Shown here piece by piece: positions 39,400-47,709 of a stretch of DNA of 64,000 nt (position 1 is its first letter; each line of letters starts with the position of its first letter). The notes beneath the pieces are model-generated. The model was not told where the DNA came from, searched no databases, and saw only the letters and a list, made by a program, of their open reading frames with translations. The stretch lies in IMG/VR virus record IMGVR_UViG_3300034062_002168; one strand, written 5' to 3'. The translations under genes and the position numbers were made by a program. The DNA is from an uncultured virus (IMG/VR IMGVR_UViG_3300034062_002168) (Duplodnaviria; Heunggongvirae; Uroviricota; Caudoviricetes).

Positions 39400-39945
39400 G
39401 AGGCGTCATAGGTGGCAAATGGGGTGTCCGTGGGATCCACGGGGTGAAGGTAGTTCCTTCCCAGATCGGACCTTCGTGGATTAAAAAACGAGAGTTTATT
39501 TTTTTTCGTCGGGCGCAGCCCAAGGTGAGAAGTTATTACGAGGAACGAGTAATAACTGAACACCTTGTTCCCATCCCCACATTGAGACCGAATAACAGCC
39601 CCCCCTCCCCCCGCCAGATCCGTCGTTTCGACGTTATCGAGCAGGTGTGCCTTGCGGCACCACTGAACCGATCCTCGTGGATCAATTCACCGGGAGAGGG
39701 GACGCGCCCCGCGAGTTCATCACCCGCATCCGCTGCAACCATCCTGTCCGCCTTGGCGAAGGGAGGTTTATCACGGACCCATTGGTCAATTCCAACGTGG
39801 CGGTTCTCCCATCGAAGGGACATCTTCTTGTGGACCACCACAAAAGAGGAACGCCAGCTTCCGGGTTACGAGGCCCCTTGGCTGGCGTCCAGTCCTTCAC
39901 AGGACTAGCTTTCTGTCAGTTTTGCGACCTCGTATCGCGGCAGTA
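39400..39945 (-). ncRNA. Candidate large structured ncRNA (or origin-like structured DNA)
   Basis: No credible ORF; many hairpins, two with minus-strand GNRA loops (GTGA, GCAA); promoter-like TACCTTTA at 39951-39958; boundaries approximate. Confidence 0.5.
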
Positions 39946-39965
39946 CGGTGTAAAGGTATTATTCC

Positions 39966-40085
39966 TTACTGATCCGACAAACTATCGTCGAAAAATTTCA
40001 TTACCAAGGCCATCACGGTCGAGATTCCTGCTATCACAACCAAGGTAAGCAGAACGTTGAACAGTGTGGTTGTTAGGTCTTCCAT
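39966..40085 (-). CDS. 39-aa membrane peptide
   Basis: Hand translation MEDLTTTLFNVLLTLVVIAGISTVMALVMKFFDDSLSDQ; TGATG overlap with the upstream gene. Confidence 0.5.
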   Translation of the reverse strand: MEDLTTTLFNVLLTLVVIAGISTVMALVMKFFDDSLSDQ

Positions 40086-40324
40086 CACTCGGCCGTATAT
40101 GGAGAGTTGTTAAACACAGCGAACCCGATGGCTGTTTTATCCCTGTCGGTCAATCCGCGAGTACGGCTCAACACCGCCTCGTGAATCTCGTTCTGCCTCT
40201 TGGATGACAGCTTGTGGTCCATGTAGTCCTTGGCCCTGTGATAGTCGATCGGTGGATCGGCCTCCTCGTACATCTGTTCGAGAATTTCGTTAACGATGGC
40301 TAGGAGTTGCTTCTGTGACTTCAT
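40085..40324 (-). CDS. Small hypothetical protein
   Basis: 79 aa with an A/C-rich leader. Confidence 0.65.
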   Translation of the reverse strand: MKSQKQLLAIVNEILEQMYEEADPPIDYHRAKDYMDHKLSSKRQNEIHEAVLSRTRGLTDRDKTAIGFAVFNNSPYTAE

Positions 40325-40344
40325 TGGTTAGGTTTAGTAATGTA

Positions 40345-40700
40345 TGACCAGTGGTCCCGCCGCTGCCTAACTCTGCCGTTCGTGCATCCGAACGGTGGCT
40401 TAGGTGGCGCGTCCCGGAAACGGCTCCACCGCGTGGTGCGGCCACTGGTCAATATCACTGCTGGTGGTGGGTTCTTGTAGCGGCCCTTGATGGATAACCA
40501 TCCTATACCGACGCCTGTACGGGTAAAAATTCCCCCACCAACCAGCAATACTGTAAAGAACGTCGATGCCTATCGTGGTGGCATCACTTCCAAGTGGCGG
40601 GATGACGCACCCGGATCGCGTGTGGCTGCTTGTACGGGGTATGCCACAAACCCTAGGCCGACTAAGCCATCCTTGGCCCGGAGTCACCGGGTGTTCCTGC
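40345..40700. ncRNA. Three tandem ~100-nt stem-closed structured units
   Basis: Terminal inverted repeats close 40345-40451, 40456-40550 and 40597-40700, each with internal hairpins; strand ambiguous. Confidence 0.5.
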
Positions 40701-40701
40701 G

Positions 40702-40774
40702 TGTACCAAGTAGGACTCGAACCTACGACCCTCCACCATCAAGGTGGTCGCTCATCCATACGAGCTATTGGCAC
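40702..40774 (-). tRNA. Atypical tRNA (nominal anticodon TGA, short variable loop, identity uncertain)
   Basis: GTGCCAA TA GCTC-GTATGGAT-GAGC G ACCAC-CTTGATG-GTGGA GGGTC GTAGG-TTCGAGT-CCTAC TTGGTAC A; CCA not encoded. Confidence 0.8.
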
Positions 40775-40780
40775 ATTGTA

Positions 40781-40887
40781 TTGACCGTCGCACGACTGTT
40801 CCCTAAGGCCGATGAAGCGGGACCAATGAACAAATCCCTAACGCCCGTTGCGGGATCTCCCCGCACCCCATGTGCGCAAACGGTCAA
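40781..40887 (-). ncRNA. Stem-closed ~107-nt structured unit upstream of the tRNA
   Basis: TTGACCGT/ACGGTCAA plus CGCAC/GTGCG stems; first element after promoter box 40907-40914. Confidence 0.5.
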
Positions 40888-40906
40888 GATAAAAAAGAAC
40901 GTGGCA

Positions 40907-40971
40907 CAAAGGTACGAACAACTTTTTTCTCCGTGCAAGTGTTGGTGTAAAGTTTTTTGTACTTATCTTTG
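40907..40971. promoter_or_regulatory. Divergent promoter pair
   Basis: TACCTTTG (minus, 40907-40914) and TATCTTTG (plus, 40964-40971). Confidence 0.7.
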
Positions 40972-40979
40972 TGACCTAC

Positions 40980-41525
40980 ATGAACTACACAGCAAGCGGG
41001 TCGTTGCCGACCCACCAGTACGTATGGGTGGACTCCTCGTTCATCCGTAATGACAAAAAAGGCTTTGAACGAGCGGTATGGTTCGGGCTCAACTCGCACC
41101 CGGGAAGGGCATGGGGATGCCACGTAATGCTTGAGTGCGGGGCGGTGTACCGCAACCTACCGCCCAACGCTATTGCGTTCAGCGAAAATCCAAAAATCCC
41201 AACGGACGGTTGGCACGTCACCGATGCGCAGGTATGGAACTGCTACGGAAGGCAGTTTTCCCTGCACTGCTACGACTACTTGAGCGGCCTTAAGGTTAAG
41301 CTGTCCGACTATAGCAGTGGCACGTACATGTTTACAGCGATTCCATTTGGTGATGGGTTCAGCGAATATCCTGAGCAAAGCAAGGAGTTCATGTTTGTCC
41401 GCACCGAACACGATCTGCTGGTTATTGTCCCAACCAATGAACTCCTCTTTATTGAAGAGAGCTTCACCATCGACGAATGGCCAACTGACCTCAAGGCCAT
41501 GAACCAAGTTTACACCTGCGAGTGA
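40980..41525 (+). CDS. Hypothetical phage protein
   Basis: ATG 40980 just after a promoter box; HVMLECGAVYRNLP...QVWNCY. Confidence 0.75.
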   Translation: MNYTASGSLPTHQYVWVDSSFIRNDKKGFERAVWFGLNSHPGRAWGCHVMLECGAVYRNLPPNAIAFSENPKIPTDGWHVTDAQVWNCYGRQFSLHCYDYLSGLKVKLSDYSSGTYMFTAIPFGDGFSEYPEQSKEFMFVRTEHDLLVIVPTNELLFIEESFTIDEWPTDLKAMNQVYTCE

Positions 41526-41534
41526 CAAACCCCT

Positions 41535-41909
41535 ATGAACACGAACGACCCACAGGCAAGCTATGGTAAACCGATGCTTCGGGACAAGGCTATCGAGTCC
41601 ATGGTCCGCAACTACGTTGACCGAGAGCTGTCGTTCACCATCATGGATGACAAGTTCGATGCAGCTATTGCTGACGCAAGCAGGGCGGCAACGGCAACCG
41701 GAGAGCATGTCCGTGACTTTTACGAAGCCGCCCGCGCCAAGGATGCCGAACTGATACAGATGCTGGTGGATGCGCTGGAATGGGTGGCAGCATACGACAA
41801 CGGATGCCCGCTCCCTACGTGGGAGAAGGGTTACAACAACGCTTGGTCAATCGCCAACAGCGCCCGGGCAGCCGCCGAAGCTGCCGGATTCAAACCTTCA
41901 GACGAATGA
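41535..41909 (+). CDS. Hypothetical protein with an MNTNDP N-terminal segment
   Basis: 124 aa, in operon. Confidence 0.7.
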   Translation: MNTNDPQASYGKPMLRDKAIESMVRNYVDRELSFTIMDDKFDAAIADASRAATATGEHVRDFYEAARAKDAELIQMLVDALEWVAAYDNGCPLPTWEKGYNNAWSIANSARAAAEAAGFKPSDE

Positions 41910-42232
41910 ACTTCACAACATTCAAAGAGCGCATGAAGGTGCTCCACGAGTTTTTCGACTCTCAAGACCGCGTGGCTGACTTCATCCACAAGGAGTTGGC
42001 TGCGGACTGCCCCAAGCCATGCGTCACCTTCGGCTGGCCGATGGCAAGGGTGTATATCGAGATGCTCAAGGAGGCCGTCGGCGACGATGGTGACTGGATA
42101 GAGTATTGGCTATGGGAGTGCGACCGTGGGCAACGGAAGACGGGCGGATGGACCCACAAGAAGCTGAACGACAAGATGCAGCCGATGAGGACCCTGAAGG
42201 ACCTGTGGAAAGCCATAAACTACAAGCCATGA
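41906..42232 (+). CDS. Hypothetical protein
   Basis: ATGA-coupled start; DWIEYWLWECD motif. Confidence 0.7.
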   Translation: MNFTTFKERMKVLHEFFDSQDRVADFIHKELAADCPKPCVTFGWPMARVYIEMLKEAVGDDGDWIEYWLWECDRGQRKTGGWTHKKLNDKMQPMRTLKDLWKAINYKP

Positions 42233-42681
42233 ACAAAGACATTCGAGTATTTCGCAACATTATCCAGACCCCTGACGGGACGCTGCTGGAAAGCCTCCAC
42301 ATAAAGGATGTTCAGGAGTACACCGACACCGTGGACGGCAAGACCTACAAGATGTGGGGAGGGAGGGCCTACTTGCAGCGCGAGATCGACGGAGCAAAGC
42401 CGACCAAGTTGACTTTCGTGGATAAAGTAAAACGGGTATTCGGCAAGAAATTCGGGTACACCGAACTATCCATTGAGTGCGACTACGCCGCTCCATTCCC
42501 ATTCGTTCGACAGAACATGAGGTGGGGGCTGTTGGGCAAGGACAGCAAGAGGGCCGAGCACTTCATCCTGCTCAAGGATATGCGTGCGGAGTTTATCGAG
42601 GATATTCTCCGCAACGAGGTCATTGATCCAGTGGCTAAGATGTGGATGGAACGCGAGTTAAAGCACCGTGAGAAAGCATGA
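42229..42681 (+). CDS. Hypothetical phage protein
   Basis: ATGA-coupled start; RNIIQTPDGTLLES. Confidence 0.7.
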   Translation: MNKDIRVFRNIIQTPDGTLLESLHIKDVQEYTDTVDGKTYKMWGGRAYLQREIDGAKPTKLTFVDKVKRVFGKKFGYTELSIECDYAAPFPFVRQNMRWGLLGKDSKRAEHFILLKDMRAEFIEDILRNEVIDPVAKMWMERELKHREKA

Positions 42682-42917
42682 GCGAACCAAAGAAGTGCCT
42701 GTTTGATGGCTGCGAGGACGACCGTCGTAGCAACGGCAACCCGTACTGCAAGAAGCACCGGTCGGCGTACCAGAAAGCAATTAGGATGACGCGGGGCGGC
42801 TCCTACGTAACCGACCCATACGCCACTGATATCAAGCGCAGTGGACGACCGTTCAGGCCCGTGGACAATGATGTCATTTACTTCATGAACAAGATCAATG
42901 GCAAAGCGACTGAATAA
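42678..42917 (+). CDS. Small Zn-finger-like protein
   Basis: CLFDGC...YCKKH; ATGA-coupled. Confidence 0.6.
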   Translation: MSEPKKCLFDGCEDDRRSNGNPYCKKHRSAYQKAIRMTRGGSYVTDPYATDIKRSGRPFRPVDNDVIYFMNKINGKATE

Positions 42918-43293
42918 GGCGGCGCAGGCAGCTAGGGATGCCATGATCCAACGGCATGTGGACGAGGCTGTAAAGTGGATGGAGTTTGAACTCCTTGTCG
43001 TAAAGGAACATCACGAGGATATGGCTGATCAGCTCATCGACTGCCAGCGTTCACGCAACGCCATGATCCTTGCCTTCTCCTTGGCCGCTGCTCTTATCGC
43101 CACAGCAGTAACCTACGCCGTGATGGCTGACAGCCGACCTGTATCCATCCACGTAACACCTCCAATCAACACGCCCATCGTGGCTTACACGCCGAATGGC
43201 TGGCACCAAGCCTACGTGGATATATCCGGTAACATCCGGTCGATGGATAACGGAATGAGAATCAAGAACGCAACAAGTTGGATGAAACCATGA
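42898..43293 (+). CDS. Hypothetical membrane protein
   Basis: One hydrophobic segment. Confidence 0.6.
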   Translation: MAKRLNKAAQAARDAMIQRHVDEAVKWMEFELLVVKEHHEDMADQLIDCQRSRNAMILAFSLAAALIATAVTYAVMADSRPVSIHVTPPINTPIVAYTPNGWHQAYVDISGNIRSMDNGMRIKNATSWMKP

Positions 43294-43619
43294 CCGACCA
43301 ACTAGACCCATACCCCGGCAACCTGCGAAACCACCAAGTGGCACAGGAAAGGCACGACTGGCTGCACCAAAAAGCCAAGGCGCCATCCACAAGTGACGAG
43401 GTGCGCATTATCCGTCGAATCACTCAGGACGAGGAGGAGAACGATGTAGAGGTACTCTACCCGGCCGACGTACACACCATCGCTGGCCACAGGTACGTCT
43501 ACAAGGTCAACCTGAACAGCTACACCATCGAGGAGATGCAGGAGAAGCTCAGGCACATCATGCTGGCCATGGGACTGCCGACCATTGACGAGGATTCGCT
43601 GGATATACGGAGGAAGTGA
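43290..43619 (+). CDS. Hypothetical protein
   Basis: ATGA-coupled start. Confidence 0.6.
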   Translation: MTDQLDPYPGNLRNHQVAQERHDWLHQKAKAPSTSDEVRIIRRITQDEEENDVEVLYPADVHTIAGHRYVYKVNLNSYTIEEMQEKLRHIMLAMGLPTIDEDSLDIRRK

Positions 43620-43897
43620 TGAGCATACTGGACCAGATAATTGCCCAGATAAAGCCGTTCTCATTCCACAAGGCACGCAGGCGGATGAAGAGGATCGACC
43701 GCATCAAGGGCCCGATGCCACCCCTTACAAAGGAAGAGCAAGCCGAAGCTATCCGTATAGAGGGTCTCTTTGACCATTGGGCGAAAACAGGCAAGGTCTT
43801 CATTATACCGGACGTACCTTTGTCAGGTGCGCAAACTCCTGATATTTCTAGCAATATCCCTGTCCTTCGTAACGAGCGGTCAGGGTCTTCTGCGTAG
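43619..43897 (+). CDS. Hypothetical protein
   Basis: TGATG-coupled start. Confidence 0.55.
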   Translation: MSILDQIIAQIKPFSFHKARRRMKRIDRIKGPMPPLTKEEQAEAIRIEGLFDHWAKTGKVFIIPDVPLSGAQTPDISSNIPVLRNERSGSSA

Positions 43898-44192
43898 CAA
43901 GATCATACAGGGCGACTCGGCTAAAAGGTGTACGCTGGTCGTCCGCAACATCGACAACTGGGACAAGCCGGTCAACCATGTGTTCCGGGTGTCAACCACG
44001 ACCTACCTGCTGCCCGGCGACTATTTGATCTACTATTGGATGGATACGGTATGGCTGCATGGGGAGTGGATACACATCTCAACGAAGTACACCATCATGG
44101 AAAAGGTCGTCTTTGAGAAGAGGATACCACTGGGCAGCATGACATTCATCAAGCCCAAAAAAACTGGTATTGAGAAGTATTTGGAGTATTAG
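43827..44192 (+). CDS. Probable secreted protein
   Basis: GTG start 4 nt after an internal TACCTTTG (43815-43822); signal-peptide-like RKLLIFLAISLSFVTSGQ. Confidence 0.6.
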   Translation: MRKLLIFLAISLSFVTSGQGLLRSKIIQGDSAKRCTLVVRNIDNWDKPVNHVFRVSTTTYLLPGDYLIYYWMDTVWLHGEWIHISTKYTIMEKVVFEKRIPLGSMTFIKPKKTGIEKYLEY

Positions 44193-44280
44193 TCCCCTTT
44201 GTCGTCGTTCACCATGTGCTGGTTGATGGCGAACATCAGGATCATGATGGCTGCGATGATGGCTAGGTAGATGATGGTGT

Positions 44281-44532
44281 TCATGGCTTGTTCAGGAGTT
44301 GCTTCATCAATTTATCTGCGTGGATCCGCTGCTCAATGGTGGCTGGTTCCCCGGTCTCAACATCGAACGCCGATCCATCAGTTCCAAGGATCAGGCCTCC
44401 GATCATGACGTGCCTAGCGCCCCCTCCGACCAGTTCGGTATTGAAGATGGCGTCACGCATTTCGTCATGTATCAAATCTCCCGTAGCTGGACCAGCCTCT
44501 CTCATTTGCCGAAGTATACCCTTGTTGCTCAT
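44281..44532 (-). CDS. Hypothetical protein
   Basis: ATG 44532 after CACCTTTG box (44537-44544). Confidence 0.6.
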   Translation of the reverse strand: MSNKGILRQMREAGPATGDLIHDEMRDAIFNTELVGGGARHVMIGGLILGTDGSAFDVETGEPATIEQRIHADKLMKQLLNKP

Positions 44533-44611
44533 GCTGCAAAGGTGCAAATAATTTCACACCGATATGTAGGAGGTAAGTAATAGTTCTTACCTTTGCGGAA
44601 AGCTAGAAGCC

Positions 44612-44860
44612 ATGATCCAAGACCCCAAGCCAACCCTAGACTCCATAAAGTTCACCTTCGGTCAGGAGGAGGACACCTCTGGACGCAGCGGTGAAGAGTA
44701 CCAGACCATCTCCGTGGAGGCGATCCGCATGGATGAGCCAAAGGAGGGAGACACGGGCTGCTACTTCGTGATGTCCACTGAAAGGTGGGCCGTGAATGAC
44801 GCAGGAGAGTTGTCGGACATCATCCTCCGCGTGGAGCGGGCGATAATAGCGGGTTCATGA
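44612..44860 (+). CDS. Hypothetical protein
   Basis: Promoter box at 44588-44595; YFVMSTERWA. Confidence 0.7.
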   Translation: MIQDPKPTLDSIKFTFGQEEDTSGRSGEEYQTISVEAIRMDEPKEGDTGCYFVMSTERWAVNDAGELSDIILRVERAIIAGS

Positions 44861-45309
44861 ACACGAATGACCCATCCGCCAAGTATGGCAAGGCGATGCG
44901 GCCAACCTATGAGAACTCCGACAGCCTAAAGGCAGAGGAGCAGACTATCCGAAAGGCAGCCGAGGTCTGGAAGTCCACCTACTCCAAGCTACCCGTACAG
45001 TACCGAGTGGACTGGGCGCTGCTCCGTGGAGGGGTGGTGGCGTGGTGCGAGTGCAAGCGGAGGTACAACAACAAAGACAAGTACCCCACCCTGATGCTGT
45101 CGCTGAACAAGATTATCCACGGGATGGAACTTGCGCGGGCCACAGATAAGCCGTTCCTTGTGGTCGTGGAGTGGAACGATGTGGTAGGCTGGCACAAGGT
45201 CGAGAAGGTTCACGGCATCCGAATGGGAGGGAGGTCAGACAGGGGAGATTGGCAGGACATGGAGCCTGTCGTGGACATACCAACCAGCGAGTTCAAGAAA
45301 ATATGCTGA
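44857..45309 (+). CDS. PD-(D/E)xK-like nuclease
   Basis: VDWALLR...AWCECKRR (D...ExK pattern); RSDRGDWQDMEP. Confidence 0.6.
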   Translation: MNTNDPSAKYGKAMRPTYENSDSLKAEEQTIRKAAEVWKSTYSKLPVQYRVDWALLRGGVVAWCECKRRYNNKDKYPTLMLSLNKIIHGMELARATDKPFLVVVEWNDVVGWHKVEKVHGIRMGGRSDRGDWQDMEPVVDIPTSEFKKIC

Positions 45310-45334
45310 AACGCAAGTAAAATAGTCTAAGAAC

Positions 45335-45712
45335 ATGAGCAACCAACCAAAGGCCGGAGACGGCATAGTAGACCTTGATGGCTTTCACTGGATAGTGAAC
45401 GGCATCGCAACAGATAGCACTACTGGAGCGTTCATTGGTGTCTTTTACACCAACGAGATCGGCGAGCGCGTAATGCTCAGGTCTCACCAGTACCGCCGCG
45501 AAACCTTTGGCGAGTACTTGACGCGCCCCACGGGCTTCGGACGCACGTCATGGATGTCGTTCACTATCGTCCAAGCCGCTTGCGCCATCATGATCGTCGT
45601 AGGGGCCAACACATGGTCTGACGGCGGATGGGTTGGCGTGGCAATGGCTGGTGCTATCGAGGCGGTGCTGGTCGGGATGTCTTACCGCAACTACACAGGC
45701 AAGACGCTATGA
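45335..45712 (+). CDS. Membrane protein (2 TM)
   Basis: Two C-terminal hydrophobic helices. Confidence 0.65.
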   Translation: MSNQPKAGDGIVDLDGFHWIVNGIATDSTTGAFIGVFYTNEIGERVMLRSHQYRRETFGEYLTRPTGFGRTSWMSFTIVQAACAIMIVVGANTWSDGGWVGVAMAGAIEAVLVGMSYRNYTGKTL

Positions 45713-46077
45713 TAGCCATCATCATGATCACCGTCTTTATGGCCATGTCATCCGCAGCCGATGACGACCACCAGATCAGGACGGACAGGCCGATCCACCA
45801 CGGGGCCCAGTGGATGGCCCGAGCCTTCGTGCTGGTAATCTTGGCTTGGCTTCTGGACCAGACGTGGATGGTCCTTGGCCTATGGGGTCTGTTCAGTGCC
45901 GTGTTCCGGTTCAGCCTGAATAGGTTCAGGGGCAAGGACTGGAGGTACGTCAGCATCTCTAACTACTACGATATGGTGTTCATAGTCATCGCCCGTGGCG
46001 ACATCCAGCACGCCGGGACCATCGCCTACATCGTGGAGCTTGCATCGTTCGTTGCAGTAACCGCTTGGCTCTGGTAG
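45709..46077 (+). CDS. Multi-pass membrane protein
   Basis: ATGA-coupled; several hydrophobic segments. Confidence 0.65.
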   Translation: MIAIIMITVFMAMSSAADDDHQIRTDRPIHHGAQWMARAFVLVILAWLLDQTWMVLGLWGLFSAVFRFSLNRFRGKDWRYVSISNYYDMVFIVIARGDIQHAGTIAYIVELASFVAVTAWLW

Positions 46078-46104
46078 GGTATCTGATCCACCACTACAAA
46101 TGGA

Positions 46105-46136
46105 AAGAGGGGACCTAGGCAGTCCCCTCTCTTCGT
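46105..46136. terminator. Probable terminator between convergent genes
   Basis: AGAGGGGAC-ctaggca-GTCCCCTCT. Confidence 0.6.
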
Positions 46137-46146
46137 TCTGGGTGGT

Positions 46147-46335
46147 CTACTTGGGATTGTACGTATAAGCAGTATCCACCCCCTCAGGCCCAACAGTGAC
46201 CGTGTAGCTCACCTTGCCCGACCGGCAATCGGTGACGCCTTTGGTGTAGGCGGTGTTGGGGGCAGTGACCGTTGCCATCATGGTGATCATCCCAATGATG
46301 AGTCCCACGACCAGCCCTCCAAAAAAGTAGTCCAT
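46147..46335 (-). CDS. Small membrane protein
   Basis: MDYFFGGLVVGLIIGMITMM; promoter box at 46371-46378. Confidence 0.55.
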   Translation of the reverse strand: MDYFFGGLVVGLIIGMITMMATVTAPNTAYTKGVTDCRSGKVSYTVTVGPEGVDTAYTYNPK

Positions 46336-46399
46336 CTTCTGTTTCAGGTTAAGGGTTAGTTGATCGACCACAAAGGTAAGAAACAATTCTAACCTTCTG

Positions 46400-47240
46400 A
46401 CATCTACCCGAAACTTTTTCGAGCCAAGGGAGGGTACCGGTACCTAAACACACCCCCTACCCGATCCACAGGGGAAAGTGATGGACGGTAGATAGCTCGG
46501 GAGGGCCGTTTTATGGGACCCTAGTGCGTTATCTATCGCTGGGTGGTACTTGGGGTAGTCTGAATGTGAAATAGGCCCCTGTAGGCCAAGGATCTAATTG
46601 TGTCGATTTCGAGGGAATTGATCCACGGTCGGTTGGTGTCAAGTAGTTGAGATAAAAGCTGTCTCCACCCCGTGGCACTTCGACACTTGTGTTTTGTGTT
46701 TCAGTACGAATCTGGTGGTTTGGTGAGAAGTAGTTGGGACAGGGTTGGGTGGTCGGTTGGGTCGGGTGGGAGGTGTGGCTTGGGAGGTGTGGCTATTGGT
46801 CGGGTGGGAAGTGTTTCGTTGGTGGGAGGATATATCGGTAGGTGGGGGACCCACACACTACAACATACCCCCCGGCCTGCCAAAATGACAAACCGACTGC
46901 CAAGCTGGCCGATATCAGGCCAAAAGGGAACCTAGCCACCTGCCACGTTGGCATGACATTACCGGCCACCGGGTGGCTAGCTTTCCAAGGGTGGGCCATG
47001 TGGTGGCCTGTCATTTAGGCAAAGGCCTGATTCTCAGCTAGTTACGAGGGAAAGTGGTGGCGCGTAATATGTATTCTGTTAAGCTGGGCCATGTCATGTT
47101 GGGATTGCAAGCATGACAGCATGACACAATGGCAGGTCAGCGAATATTCGCTGAGGGCGAATGTTTCGGTGGGCCACCTACAGTACCAAACGCAACACAG
47201 TAACACATAGCCAAACCACTATGTGTTCACGCACGCACGT
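46400..47240. other. Long non-coding control region (possible origin, packaging site or genome end)
   Basis: No credible ORF; G/T-skewed tract, ATGACA repeats and palindromes; directly precedes the early genes. Confidence 0.5.
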
Positions 47241-47256
47241 ACCATACCTTCGCAAC

Positions 47257-47472
47257 ATGGACCGTAGTACCACCCACCCGATGCACCGCCGGTGCAAGGC
47301 CCTCTACACCCGCCAGCAGATAGCCGACCGCCTTGGCTGCTCCATCGGTACCGTCAGCCGTCTACAGCGGTCCTTCCTCACACCACGCCAGCGGGCCTAC
47401 CTCAACGCTGTGGGCTACGTGGCGTCCTTCCATCCTAGACGCAAAAGCACGCCCCCTGTAGACCCTGTATAG
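47257..47472 (+). CDS. Small helix-turn-helix DNA-binding protein
   Basis: TRQQIADRLGCSIGTVSRL; ATG 4 nt after TACCTTCG (47245-47252). Confidence 0.7.
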   Translation: MDRSTTHPMHRRCKALYTRQQIADRLGCSIGTVSRLQRSFLTPRQRAYLNAVGYVASFHPRRKSTPPVDPV

Positions 47473-47709
47473 CCCGAGGGCTGCATTTCGTAACTCCCTG
47501 ACCGTCAGGCAGGTGCATATTTATTTTCACCGTGCATTTCGTTTCGGTGCAAATGCTCTGAATCCCTTGGTGCTGTAGGGCTGTAGCGATATGTTAACGA
47601 ATGTTAATGTCCTACAGGCCCCGTCAATGCTGGATTGTTCGATTTGCGCTTTCGTTTCGCACACCCACATCTTTGCATCATCATCAACGAAACGAAACAC
47701 ACACACCAC

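Noticed and set aside
39400..39945. Group I or group II intron
   Set aside because: It does not interrupt a gene, and no P7 or domain V consensus was recognised by eye
39126..40048. ORFs 39126-39908, 39536-39841 and 39647-40048 as proteins
   Set aside because: Atypical composition, mutual overlap and weak starts; the region is better explained as structured non-coding sequence
40362..40410. Twister ribozyme (GCCTAACTCTGCC resembles the twister 5' segment)
   Set aside because: The required GGTCCCAAGCCC-type P4 and GAGGG pseudoknot partner are not present in a compatible order
40345..40887. SRP RNA, RNase P RNA or tmRNA
   Set aside because: No CAGG-NNN-GNRA-NNN-AGCA SRP motif, no GAGGAAAGTCC, and no tmRNA-like ends
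46639..47014. Short ORFs in the G/T-skewed region
   Set aside because: Low-complexity translations arising from the compositional skew
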